Of a stretch of 24,000 bases of DNA, positions 1 through 9,351 are shown one piece after another. The notes under the pieces are model-generated. The model saw only the letters and a list, made by a program, of their open reading frames with translations, searched no databases and was not told where the DNA came from. The DNA is from Escherichia coli (GTDB lineage Bacteria > Pseudomonadota > Gammaproteobacteria > Enterobacterales > Enterobacteriaceae): NCBI RefSeq assembly GCF_022493555.1, contig NZ_CP028757.1; one strand, 5' to 3'. Each line of letters begins with the position of its first letter. The first letter of the stretch is position 1. A program made the position numbers and the translations under genes.

Positions 1-1007
1 TTCTGACCACGAACCGGGTTTACACCCGCATGCGGCTTACCGAGGTTACCGGTCAGCATCGCGAGGCTGGTCAGAGAACGCACGGTTTCCACGCCCTGGT
101 AGAACTGGGTTACACCCATGCCCCACAGGATGGCGGCGCTTTTCGCCTGGGCATACATCCGTGCCGCCTGACGAATCTCACTGGCGCTGACGCCGGTGAT
201 ATCTTCAACCGACTCCGGCGTGTAGCCTTCAACGATTTTACGATACTCTTCAAAGCCTTCTGTACGGGAAGCGACGAACGCTTTGTCGTACAGATTTTCT
301 TCAATAATGACATGGCCCATCGCATTCAACAGCGCGATGTTCGAGCCGTTTTTCAGTGCAATGTGCATGTCAGCAATGCGCGCGGTTTCAATTTTGCGCG
401 GATCGCAGACGATAATTTTCGCCCCGTTACGTTTAGCGTTAATTACGTGATTCGCCACGATTGGGTGGGAATCCGCCGGGTTGTACCCGAAAACGAACAC
501 TAAATCGGTATTATCAATTTCGTTAATAGCATTGCTCATTGCGCCATTACCGACCGATTGGTGCAGACCTGCAACCGATGGGCCGTGTCAGACACGAGCG
601 CAGCAGTCAACGTTATTGGTACCAATAACGGCGCGCGCAAATTTTTGCATTACATAGTTGGTTTCGTTACCCGTACCACGCGAGGAGCCGGTCGTCTGGA
701 TGGCATCCGGACCGTACTTCTCTTTGATGGCGCTCAGGCGCTCGGCAACGTAATTCAGTGCCTCATCCCAGGAAACAGGTTCGAGTTTGCCGCCACGCTG
801 GCGACGGATCATGGGGGTTTTCAGGCGCGGGGTCAGGATCTGGGTATCGTTAATGAAATCCCAGCCATAATAACCCTTCAGACACAGGGTACCCTGGTTG
901 GTTTTCCCCTGCGCTGCCTCCGCCCGGACGATTTTGCCGTTATCGACGACCAGGTTGATTTTGCAACCTGATGCGCAATAGGGGCAAACCGTGACGACTT
1001 TTTTCAT
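1..1007 (-). CDS. fdhF: Formate dehydrogenase H, selenoprotein; N-terminal part only, continues beyond window position 1
   Basis: Minus-strand ORF MKKVVTVCPYCASGCKINLVVDNGKIVRAEAAQGKTNQGTLCLKGYYGWDF, typical [4Fe-4S]/molybdopterin N-terminus. The ORF stops at an in-frame TGA (588-590) and translation continues in the same frame as HGPSVAGLHQSVGNGAMSNAINEIDNTDLVFVFGYNPADSHPIVANHVINAKRNGAKIIV...HAGVNPVRGQN to the window edge. Confidence 0.97.
551..590 (-). promoter_or_regulatory. Selenocysteine UGA codon (588-590) with adjacent bacterial SECIS stem-loop
   Basis: Minus strand reads TGACACGGCCCATCGGTTGCAGGTCTGCACCAATCGGTC. The CGGUUGCAGGUCUGCACCAAUCGG part forms the classic fdhF SECIS hairpin with apical loop containing GGUCU. 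Context VDCCARV-U-HGPSVAGLHQ. Confidence 0.95.
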
Positions 1008-1058
1008 CGGTCTCGCTCCAGTTAATCAAATCACGCATACGCGCTCTCGACTACAGTA

Positions 1059-1074
1059 TGCATCTTTTATGCCA
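1059..1074 (-). promoter_or_regulatory. Sigma-54 type -24/-12 promoter of fdhF
   Basis: Minus strand TGGCATAAAAGATGCA matches TGGCAY-N5-TTGCW closely, with GG and GC at the expected spacing, about 50 nt upstream of the fdhF start codon. Confidence 0.85.
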
Positions 1075-1204
1075 CATTTTATTTGGGGTCATTCCCTGAT
1101 ATTACGGGCACTATTTATTCAAAACTCTGACGAAAAACAGGCTGTCGTCAGTTTTGACGTGACGAAACGAAATACCGCGTGACAGCCATCACGCGGCAGA
1201 CATT

Positions 1205-2671
1205 TTATTTTTTCTCGACGACGGGAGCCGCCTGATACCCGCCGCCCAGCGATTTCATCAACTGAATGCTTTGGATCACCCGGCGGCTGTCCAGCATCAG
1301 TAATGACATCTCTTCGGCAAGTACTGGCAACCGGGCTTCAGTGGCCTGTAAGCGGCTGGTTAAGCCGCGCTGATAGGCGGCCTCGGCAGCGCGCTGGGTG
1401 AAGCGCGTTGCTTCCACGCGTTCAGCCTGCATTTCTCGCTCGTCGTTGAGCGTTTGCAGACGCGTGCCGTTGACGGCAACGTCACGCACCGCGTTCAGTA
1501 CTGACTGGTTGTAACGTTCAATCATCATGTTGCTGGCGGCGCGCGTGCCTTCGAGATTGGCATTCAACCGTCCACCGTCAAACAGCGGCAATTTCAGACC
1601 CGGGATGAAGTTGAACTGGCGACTGGTTTTTTTGAATAAGGTATCCAGGTGGATGGCATCAAGGCCGAAAAACGCTTTGATATCAAAGCTCGGGTAGAAC
1701 AGCGCCCGCGCGGAATCCACCTGATCTAATGACGCCTGAACATACCAGCGCATGGCTTGCAGATCCGGGCGTCTGGCGAGCAACTCATAAGAGAGTGTCG
1801 CCGGAATGCCGGTCTGGACTCGTGGTAATGCCACCGGTTTGATCTCCGGCATATCGCTGGCCCCCGCGCCAATCAATGCACGCAGAGATTCTCGCGTTTC
1901 GGTGATTTGCCCTTTGACGGCAGCAATTTGTTTATCGACCGCCAGAATCTGTGCCCGCGCGCCGTGGAAAGGCACTTGTGCTTCCAGACCGTGCGCCACT
2001 TTACTCTGGTGCGCTTTCACCGCGTAATCAATCACATCGCGAGTTTGTTCTAACAGATCGAGCATCTGATAGCTGGCCTGCATACTGTAATAAAGCTGCG
2101 CTACGCCCGTGGTCAGCGATAGCTCTACTGCTGCGGTTTCTGCCAGCGCGGCATTATGCGCGCCAATGGCGGCGGCAACCGCTGAGCGATGCACACCCCA
2201 CAAATCAAGATCCAGTCCGGCAAACAAACCTACTGTGGCTTCCGTATAGTACGGCCCGTCCATACCCAGTGCGGGCGCATCCATCGCATAAGGGCTTAAA
2301 AAGCCGTTCGCCGAGACGCGTTGGCGGTTGAGCATCCCTAACGCTGCGACCTGTAATTGTGAACCGGCATCTAACAAATCGGCCTGGGACTGCGCTTTTT
2401 CTTCCCGCAGTTTCGCTTCGGCGAGGGTGTGTGAACCACTTAGCGTCCGTTGGATCAGCGCATCCAGCTGCGGGTCATTGAGTTGTTTCCACCACTGCGC
2501 CTGCGGCCAGCCGGAGCTGGCAAGATGAATATCGTCGGCCAGTTTGATTTGTTCCGGTTTGAGCTGTTGATGAGGTGCAGAATCCTTACGTACCAGGGCA
2601 CAGCCGGAAATCAGCGTCGTGCTGCCGAGAATGCTGCACAACAGCAGACGTGAAAGTTGACGATTGATCAT
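1205..2671 (-). CDS. mdtP: Outer membrane efflux lipoprotein of the MdtNOP system (TolC-like family)
   Basis: 488-aa ORF with lipobox LISGC, OMF repeats (GLDLDLWGVHRSAVAAA, GLKLPLFDGGRLNANL), and a 4-nt overlap with mdtO. Confidence 0.95.
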   Translation of the reverse strand: MINRQLSRLLLCSILGSTTLISGCALVRKDSAPHQQLKPEQIKLADDIHLASSGWPQAQWWKQLNDPQLDALIQRTLSGSHTLAEAKLREEKAQSQADLLDAGSQLQVAALGMLNRQRVSANGFLSPYAMDAPALGMDGPYYTEATVGLFAGLDLDLWGVHRSAVAAAIGAHNAALAETAAVELSLTTGVAQLYYSMQASYQMLDLLEQTRDVIDYAVKAHQSKVAHGLEAQVPFHGARAQILAVDKQIAAVKGQITETRESLRALIGAGASDMPEIKPVALPRVQTGIPATLSYELLARRPDLQAMRWYVQASLDQVDSARALFYPSFDIKAFFGLDAIHLDTLFKKTSRQFNFIPGLKLPLFDGGRLNANLEGTRAASNMMIERYNQSVLNAVRDVAVNGTRLQTLNDEREMQAERVEATRFTQRAAEAAYQRGLTSRLQATEARLPVLAEEMSLLMLDSRRVIQSIQLMKSLGGGYQAAPVVEKK

Positions 2672-4719
2672 TGCGTGGCTCCTTGTGCCTGTTCCGTGGC
2701 GGGCGTTAATGCCGGGGCTGTCCAGTCTGGCAAGCGGGCGAAAAGCTGGCAGACGTGTTGCTCCTGTTTTAATAAGGTGGGCAGGATGGCCTGCGAGGCG
2801 GGTGTCTCTTCAAGCGTTATTTGAGGAGAACGGCTGAGTGCGGTTGCCAGACCGGCAGCGTATTTCTCCAGGGCGTCGGCAAACTGAGCTGCTCTGTCCG
2901 GCTGTAGTGCGTTATCCAGCGCCTGCGCCGAGTTCCAGGTGGCATCCCAGGCGTGAAGAATATCGCGGCCCTGACGAATAACCGTTTGCGAACGTTCAAT
3001 CAGTAAGGCGCGTTCTTCGCTGTCCAGTTGACGCTCCAGCGCCACGCGTTGGCACATCTCTTCACAGGCATTAAACGCCGCATGCAGACCGATACGAATT
3101 TGCAGATAAGTGCGCAGAGCCGTGACTTCCTGCTGGCGTGGGATCCGCATTACTTTACTTAACATACCCAGCGTGCCAGCCAGTTTTTGCGGCAGTGTGC
3201 GCGCTTCACTTTCAGGCCAGACAAAGGTGTAAATCACCGCGGACACCACGGTACCAATGATGATACCCAGGGCGCGATCGCGAATTTCCACCAGGTCGTA
3301 CACTGGGCCAAAAACGTTTTCGAGCGTGGCGAGCGCGAAGGTGACCACCATCTGTGTGCCGATATAAGAAGAGCGTTCAGAGCTGGTGGCAATCCATGCG
3401 CCCAACAGGAAAATCGGTGCCAGCACAAACAGCAATTCGACAATATTGTCCAGCCAGGGCATGACCAGTAGCGTGAATAACAGCGCCAGAATCGCGCCGC
3501 AAAAGGCCCCGCCAAAACGCAGCACCATCTTCTGGTACGACGAACCGACATTTGGGTTAGCGACGATCACGCATGTCAGCATACAGGTGTGAATGCCTTC
3601 CCAGTCCACGCCGCTGTAAAAGGTGTAACAGATCAAACAGGCGAGCAGCGTTTTTACCGCGTAGCGCATATAGTCTGGATTGGTAAAAGCATCGGCGGCC
3701 ATTGATGGCGGTTTGGCTGCGGGCGTTGGCGGCGTATTCGGGTCCATCTGACCCAGTTGTAACAACGTCTGGCAGATATTCTCCAGGTTACATTCCCGTG
3801 CCGCCATCGCTTCACTTTCACTGATCCGCCAGTCGCTTTGCCAGCACTGACCTTCAGCAACGGCATGCTGCAGCTTATTGATTTCTGAGGCTAATTTTTG
3901 CCGAAATTCAATAATTGCCTGAGAATCAGCAAAAGAGGTGGGATCGTAGCGATTCAGCGTCGAGTAAATGTAGGTTACCGTTGCCACGCAGCTTTGCCAC
4001 CATGCGCTTTGAGTTCGCCAGTTGGCATCGTCCGCGAGACAAAAGACATTCAGTTTTTGCAGCGCCAGCGCCTCTCTTTCAATCCGCGTTTCGGGTAGCG
4101 GTGCGAGGCTGTCCGTCAGGTGGCTAATGGCATCATCAAGCCGATCATTAAGCGCCTGATGCATTTGCGAAATGGCACGACTGGGAAACCACAGCACGCC
4201 GATTAACGTCATCAGCAAGGTTGGATAGAGGCCAACAACGATACACCACAGCGTTAAGCGCACGACCACTTCCGGATAGTCGAGCATGGCGGGGAAGGTT
4301 TGCCCGTAAATGGCGACAATGGCGACGGCGAAAAAGACCAGTCCCAGCCGATGGGTGCGCATCAAAAACATACAGCCCATCAGGATCGGCCCGGCGATGA
4401 TCAATCGGATCAACGGTTCGCCGTATGACCATTTGTAGATCAAAAACAGGCTGCCGATCTCCAGCATCGTGGCGACCACAAATAAGATCGCGACAAATTT
4501 GGTGTAAAACGCGTTCGACTGAATACCGTAAAACAGCACTGCCAGCGATAACGCCACGAATGGGATCTCAAAGGTCATCGAGATCAGAATCACCAGCAGG
4601 CAGCCTACCCAGAGTTGCACGGTCTGCGGCACGCGGCCTGGTCGCCGCTCGCTTAACTCTTCATGAAAGAACGCCAGCAGCCTGACCACCGGTAATGGCA
4701 GGGAGTTGAGCGCGCTCAT
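2668..4719 (-). CDS. mdtO: Inner membrane efflux component, FUSC/aromatic acid exporter-like family
   Basis: 683-aa ORF with N- and C-terminal multi-TM blocks, located between mdtP and mdtN, start/stop overlapping with both. Confidence 0.95.
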   Translation of the reverse strand: MSALNSLPLPVVRLLAFFHEELSERRPGRVPQTVQLWVGCLLVILISMTFEIPFVALSLAVLFYGIQSNAFYTKFVAILFVVATMLEIGSLFLIYKWSYGEPLIRLIIAGPILMGCMFLMRTHRLGLVFFAVAIVAIYGQTFPAMLDYPEVVVRLTLWCIVVGLYPTLLMTLIGVLWFPSRAISQMHQALNDRLDDAISHLTDSLAPLPETRIEREALALQKLNVFCLADDANWRTQSAWWQSCVATVTYIYSTLNRYDPTSFADSQAIIEFRQKLASEINKLQHAVAEGQCWQSDWRISESEAMAARECNLENICQTLLQLGQMDPNTPPTPAAKPPSMAADAFTNPDYMRYAVKTLLACLICYTFYSGVDWEGIHTCMLTCVIVANPNVGSSYQKMVLRFGGAFCGAILALLFTLLVMPWLDNIVELLFVLAPIFLLGAWIATSSERSSYIGTQMVVTFALATLENVFGPVYDLVEIRDRALGIIIGTVVSAVIYTFVWPESEARTLPQKLAGTLGMLSKVMRIPRQQEVTALRTYLQIRIGLHAAFNACEEMCQRVALERQLDSEERALLIERSQTVIRQGRDILHAWDATWNSAQALDNALQPDRAAQFADALEKYAAGLATALSRSPQITLEETPASQAILPTLLKQEQHVCQLFARLPDWTAPALTPATEQAQGATQ

Positions 4720-5750
4720 TATTGCGGCTCAAGATTAGCGACTGCCGAAGCGCCGATGCGGAACATTTCCGGGTCAGGTTTATCGACCATGATTTTGACC
4801 GGAAAACGCTGGGCAACGCGGACCCAGTTAATAGAGCGAGAAACTTTCGGCAGGCCGCCCAGCACCAGGCCGCCGTCATCCGGTAGCACGCCGTAGCCAA
4901 TCGAATCCACTTTACCCTCGAAGGTTTTGCCGCTGTCACTCATCAGGCGAATCGTTGCGGGTGTACCTGAGCGAATATTTTTCAGATCGGTTTCGCGGAA
5001 GTTGGCGATCACGTACCAGTGACGAGTGTCGATTAGGGTAAAAATAGGGCGCATGGCAGAAGCAAATTGCCCGACGGAGGTTTTGAGGGAAATGACCCGG
5101 CCATCAAACGGCGCGCGAACGGTCGCCATTTCCAGATGAAGTTTGGTCAGGGCAATATCCGCTTCGACCGCCGCACGTTGCGCCACCAGCGCATCGACGC
5201 CGCTGACGGCGCTGGCGGCTGACTGCGCCTGTAACAATACGGCATTAAGATCGGCTTCTGCGGCGCGCTGCGCAGTTCTTGCACGGTCAACGTCTTCCGC
5301 TGAGACAAAACCCTCTTTCAGTAATGGCTCGGTGCGGCGTAATGTATCTGTGGCCTGTTTCGCGGCGGCACGGGCTTTTTCTACCGTGGCATTAATCGAG
5401 TCGGCACCAAACTGTTGCGCATCAACGCTACGCTGGGTGAGCATAATTTGCTTATCCAGCGCCGCGAGGGAGGCTTCAGCTTTCGCCAGATTGGCTTCGT
5501 ACGGGCGCGGGTCAATGCGGAACAGCAAATCGCCCTGTTTGACTGCCTGGTTGTCGGTGACCGCCAGTTCTACAATGCGGCCGCTGACTTCCGGCACCAC
5601 ATCAATGGTATCTGCTGACGCGTAAGCGTCATTAGTTGATGGCGCACTGTCTACGCGCCAGATAACGAAAACAAGGGCAACCAGCGCCAATGCAACCACT
5701 AACAGAGCAGGGAATTTACTGCGAGGAGCTTTTTTCGGCGTACTTTCCAT
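4719..5750 (-). CDS. mdtN: HlyD/EmrA-type membrane fusion protein
   Basis: 343-aa ORF: N-terminal TM, VVPEVSGRIVELAVTDNQAVKQGDLLFRIDPRPYEANLAKAEA, central coiled coil, VRAPFDGRVISLKTSVGQFASAMRPIFTLID. Confidence 0.96.
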   Translation of the reverse strand: MESTPKKAPRSKFPALLVVALALVALVFVIWRVDSAPSTNDAYASADTIDVVPEVSGRIVELAVTDNQAVKQGDLLFRIDPRPYEANLAKAEASLAALDKQIMLTQRSVDAQQFGADSINATVEKARAAAKQATDTLRRTEPLLKEGFVSAEDVDRARTAQRAAEADLNAVLLQAQSAASAVSGVDALVAQRAAVEADIALTKLHLEMATVRAPFDGRVISLKTSVGQFASAMRPIFTLIDTRHWYVIANFRETDLKNIRSGTPATIRLMSDSGKTFEGKVDSIGYGVLPDDGGLVLGGLPKVSRSINWVRVAQRFPVKIMVDKPDPEMFRIGASAVANLEPQ

Positions 5751-5768
5751 GAGCGCGTCTCAAATAGA

Positions 5769-6044
5769 TTAGAAAAATGCCAGCCAGAACAGCATGGCGT
5801 AGAGAGCAAAAAGGGCGGTATAAATAATTCCGACAAATGCCAGATTGATATTTGCCCGCTGAATAACTCGCCTCGTGATGAGCATCAAAATAAGGCTGGC
5901 AATGGCGCAGAAAAACCAGCTGGGATAATAAGCACCGATCACCGGGATTGCCGGAGATAATGAGCATCCCGAAACCATGAAGACGGGAATTATCCAGGCT
6001 GTTTTTTTGAGTTGCATCGCCATGCGAGAGAGAACTGTTGGCAT
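5769..6044 (-). CDS. ytcA: Small membrane lipoprotein YtcA (91 aa from the MPTVLSRM start; track ORF extends 16 codons upstream)
   Basis: Lipobox-like FMVSGC followed by two hydrophobic segments; immediately upstream of mdtN. Confidence 0.85.
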   Translation of the reverse strand: MPTVLSRMAMQLKKTAWIIPVFMVSGCSLSPAIPVIGAYYPSWFFCAIASLILMLITRRVIQRANINLAFVGIIYTALFALYAMLFWLAFF

Positions 6045-6214
6045 ATTAAATACATCCTGTCTGCTGCGAACAATATCTGTAGTGAATATCAATATCCATT
6101 GAAGGCGTCAGTATGGCTATTTTCTCGATGAATAAAAATAGCTTTATTCAGCCACCGCATTCATAACTTATATATTTTATTTATTAATTGGCTGTATATA
6201 TTTTTAAAATAAAT

Positions 6215-6244
6215 GCTTTTGGGGGCTTCAGCGCCCCCAAAAGC
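6215..6244 (-). terminator. Rho-independent terminator downstream of yjcS
   Basis: Perfect 12-bp stem gcttttgggggc / gcccccaaaagc with 6-nt loop, just after the yjcS stop. It is followed in the minus direction by an A/T-rich tract (ATTTATTTTAAAAATATA). Confidence 0.8.
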
Positions 6245-6252
6245 GAGTGACA

Positions 6253-8238
6253 TTAATTTGGGGTTACGATATTCACCCACAAATCGAAATTATCCAGACA
6301 GGCGATAATTTCTTCCAGTTTCGCGCCATTGCCAATAATTTTGGCTTTCTTCGCTTTTACCAGATCCGCCATTTTGGCTTGCCCGGTCAGCACGGCGTGC
6401 AGATCTTCACGGCTGATGTAGAAAGAGGCGTCAGCTTGGGATTGCAGTGTTTTACGGTAGTTAAGCACGCTATCGTTCAGCGTCAGGTTGAGGTTATCGC
6501 CATTGCTCATATTGAAGTTCAGGCTGATATTTTTACCCGCGGCTTTCGCGCTATCGAGGCGAACGGACATAAAGTCGAACAGCATTTCGACCGACATCCC
6601 GCGAATGGTGTCCGGGGAACCGGTGGTGCCGTGGCTGAACTTATGCACCCCTTCGCGCAGCTCTTTCGCGCCGGTCAGGTAGAAACCGCGCCAGGTGGCG
6701 GACTCGGCCTGATAGCCCAGCTGTTCAAAGTTATTCGCTTGCAGATTCTTCGCGACCTGGTCACCCGGGTTGGCGGCAATCACCTGTTTCAGCAGTTCTG
6801 CCGACCAGCGGTAATCACCTTGCTTGTTCGCTTCTTGCGCCAGGTTGATGACACGGGCAGAACCGCCCAGCGCCTGCACGTAACGTTTACCCATCTCCAC
6901 CTGACCATACGGATGCAGGTTAGCCGGGTTACCGTCGTAATAGCCAAGATAGAAGTTATACACCGCGCGGGCGTTGTGGCTGACAGAACCGTAATAGCCA
7001 CGGCTGGCCCAGTTATTGGCAAGTGCAGGCGGCAGTTTAATCATGTCGCCGATTTCATTCATGGTGTAGCCCTGGTTCGCCAGGTGCAGGGTCTGGTCGT
7101 GAATGTACTTGATAGTATCGCGATATTTACCAATATAATCATTGATATGCTTATTGCCCCAGACCGGCCAGGTGTGCGGCATAAACAGGACTTCCGCGTC
7201 GTTACCCCACATATCCAGCGTTTCGTTCAGATACTCGGTCCACTTGCTGGTGTCGCGGGTTTTCGCGCCGCGTAGAGTGTAGAAGTTGTGCAGGGTATGC
7301 GTGGCGTTCTCGGCGGTACACAGCGCTTTCAGGGCCGGAATATAGAAGTGCATTTCGGCTGGTGCTTCGCTACCTGGGGTCATCAGGAAGTCAAACTCCA
7401 GGCCGTCGATAATCATCTTCTCACCGGTTTTGGTGATGGTTTTGTTCGGTGCGATGATGCTCGGGTAGCCCGATGCCAGCGTTACGCCAAGACCATTGCC
7501 GATGTTACCCTGAGGGTTATGCGCCAGCAGCAGGCCGTAGGAGTAAAGTGCACGGCGGCTCATAATATTACCCGCCAGTACGTTTTCGCTGATGGCTTCG
7601 TCCATAAAGCCAGCAGGGGCGATAACCTGCACTTTACCGGATTTCACATCGGCTTCAGAGATAATGCCTTTCACGCCGCCATAGTGGTCGGTATGGCTGT
7701 GGGTATAAATAACCGCAACAATCGGTTTTTGCGGGCGATTTTGGAAGTAAAGGTCAAGGGCGGCTTTTGCGCTCGGTGGCGTCACCAGCGGGTCGATGAC
7801 AATAATCCCGGTATCACCTTCGATAAAGGTGATGTTGGAGATATCCTGACCGCGAACCTGGTACATTCTGTCGGTGACTTTAAACAAGCCGGAAATACCG
7901 TTTAACTGCGACTGACGCCACAGGCTAGGGTTAACGGTTTCGGGCGCGGGCGCATTGATATCAAATTTATAATCTTCCCCGCGATAATATGGTTTGCCAT
8001 TAGCATCGCGCAGAATACCTTCATCCAGCAGCGGAGCGATAAATCCACGCTGAGCGTCGTCAAAATCCTGACGATCGCTAAACGGTAATGATTTGGCGTA
8101 ATTCTGATTAACCTGTTGGGTATATTGAGTGGCGGCTTTCGCTTCATCTGTTGCGTAAGCGGTATTTACCATCATGCCGCTGGCGGCAGTTAACGCAATA
8201 ACAATTCTGCTCAAACGGAATAACCGAGAGTTATTCAT
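6253..8238 (-). CDS. yjcS: Linear primary-alkylsulfatase, metallo-beta-lactamase fold, exported (661 aa from MNNSRLF)
   Basis: Signal peptide [29 protein letters not shown]; metal-binding motif [10 protein letters not shown]; C-terminal sterol-carrier-like domain. GGAG ribosome-binding site upstream of ATG at 8238. Confidence 0.93.
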   Translation of the reverse strand: MNNSRLFRLSRIVIALTAASGMMVNTAYATDEAKAATQYTQQVNQNYAKSLPFSDRQDFDDAQRGFIAPLLDEGILRDANGKPYYRGEDYKFDINAPAPETVNPSLWRQSQLNGISGLFKVTDRMYQVRGQDISNITFIEGDTGIIVIDPLVTPPSAKAALDLYFQNRPQKPIVAVIYTHSHTDHYGGVKGIISEADVKSGKVQVIAPAGFMDEAISENVLAGNIMSRRALYSYGLLLAHNPQGNIGNGLGVTLASGYPSIIAPNKTITKTGEKMIIDGLEFDFLMTPGSEAPAEMHFYIPALKALCTAENATHTLHNFYTLRGAKTRDTSKWTEYLNETLDMWGNDAEVLFMPHTWPVWGNKHINDYIGKYRDTIKYIHDQTLHLANQGYTMNEIGDMIKLPPALANNWASRGYYGSVSHNARAVYNFYLGYYDGNPANLHPYGQVEMGKRYVQALGGSARVINLAQEANKQGDYRWSAELLKQVIAANPGDQVAKNLQANNFEQLGYQAESATWRGFYLTGAKELREGVHKFSHGTTGSPDTIRGMSVEMLFDFMSVRLDSAKAAGKNISLNFNMSNGDNLNLTLNDSVLNYRKTLQSQADASFYISREDLHAVLTGQAKMADLVKAKKAKIIGNGAKLEEIIACLDNFDLWVNIVTPN

Positions 8239-8600
8239 ATAAATCTCCATTTATCATTTATGTCGTAAATATGTAATCCATGCAAAATACGTCATTTAAA
8301 GCTGGGGTTATCATAATTGGGAATTTGCGACTTTAATAAGTGGAAGTGTGAGCGGAACGATCCATTTTATTAGGCATTTGTGCTGAAGAGGAAAATTACG
8401 CGAATTTATTATCTCTGTAAATAATATGAGGTGTTTTATATATTTATTATATATATTGTACTTCGGCAAATACTGAGCACAATTTATCAATGCAACCGGT
8501 GTTTCTTTTTAAAAAACGTACCGGAGCAATGGGCGGTCATGTCGCTGGCACCGCAGGATTCTGCGTTGCTGTGCCAGCCTTTTATTCATGGTCAATGAGT

Positions 8601-8807
8601 GAGGTGATTGATAAAGACACCAGGTCGTCAGAGCGCACTGATTATCCGCATTATGCCAGTGAAGTTGCACTGGCTTTTGGTTCACGAGTGGTTGGCCTCG
8701 AACTGGCAAAAATGATTGTGGATGCGTGGCTGGGCGCACAGTACGAAGGCGGTCGTCATCAACAACGCGTGGAGGCGATTACGGCAATAGAGCAGCGGAG
8801 AAATTGA
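8601..8807 (+). pseudogene. rpiB: Internally deleted, N-terminally truncated ribose-5-phosphate isomerase B remnant
   Basis: Frame encodes EVIDKDTRSSERTDYPHYASEVALA directly joined to FGSRVVGLELAKMIVDAWLGAQYEGGRHQQRVEAITAIEQRRN*. These are two separated segments of RpiB, with the catalytic CGTGVG and RQHNDTN region missing. The true N-terminus (MKKIAFGCDHVG...) is replaced by unrelated sequence. Confidence 0.9.
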
Positions 8808-8875
8808 GATTCATCCACTACTTGCATGGATGAGTAATGATTAATGTGGATAGAGTTTCTTTTTGAGGTTGGCTA

Positions 8876-9205
8876 ATGAAACGCTTTCCGCTATTTCTTT
8901 TATTCACCCTGCTCACGCTGTCCACCGTTCCGGCCCAGGCTGATATTATCGACGATACTATTGGTAATATTCAGCAGGCGATTAATGACGCTTATAACCC
9001 TGACCGTGGGCGAGACTATGAAGATTCGCGCGACGACGGCTGGCAGCGTGAAGTGAGCGACGATCGGCGCAGACAATATGACGACCGCCGCCGCCAGTTT
9101 GAAGATCGCCGCAGGCAGCTGGACGATCGCCAGCGCCAGCTTGATCAGGAGCGTCGGCAACTGGAGGATGAAGAGCGGAGAATGGAAGATGAGTATGGGC
9201 GATGA
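8876..9205 (+). CDS. yjdP: Small exported protein, highly charged, unknown function (YjdP)
   Basis: 109-aa ORF with signal peptide MKRFPLFLLFTLLTLSTVPAQA and a C-terminal RRRQ-DD/E-rich repetitive segment. Confidence 0.92.
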   Translation: MKRFPLFLLFTLLTLSTVPAQADIIDDTIGNIQQAINDAYNPDRGRDYEDSRDDGWQREVSDDRRRQYDDRRRQFEDRRRQLDDRQRQLDQERRQLEDEERRMEDEYGR

Positions 9206-9224
9206 GGTTGGGTATGGAGCAGGC

Positions 9225-9339
9225 ATCGCCCCTCACCCCAATGGGGAGAGGGAGAAAACGAGCGCAATATTCAATATCGAGCACAATCGGTCCCCTCGCC
9301 CCTCTGGGGAGAGGGTTAGGGTGAGGGGGCCAGCGCGCA
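9225..9339 (-). repeat. GC-rich palindrome-like intergenic element, copy A (inverted relative to copy B)
   Basis: Reverse complement gtgcgcgctggcccctcaccctaaccctctccccagaggggcgaggggaccgattgtgctcgatattgaatattgcgctcgttttctccctctccccattggggtgagggg closely matches 12936-13069. Confidence 0.85.
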
Positions 9340-9351
9340 CATTCCCTCTCA

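Noticed and set aside
6247-7275. Plus-strand 342-aa ORF
   Set aside because: Antisense shadow of yjcS; the real gene has signal peptide and metal-binding motifs on the other strand.
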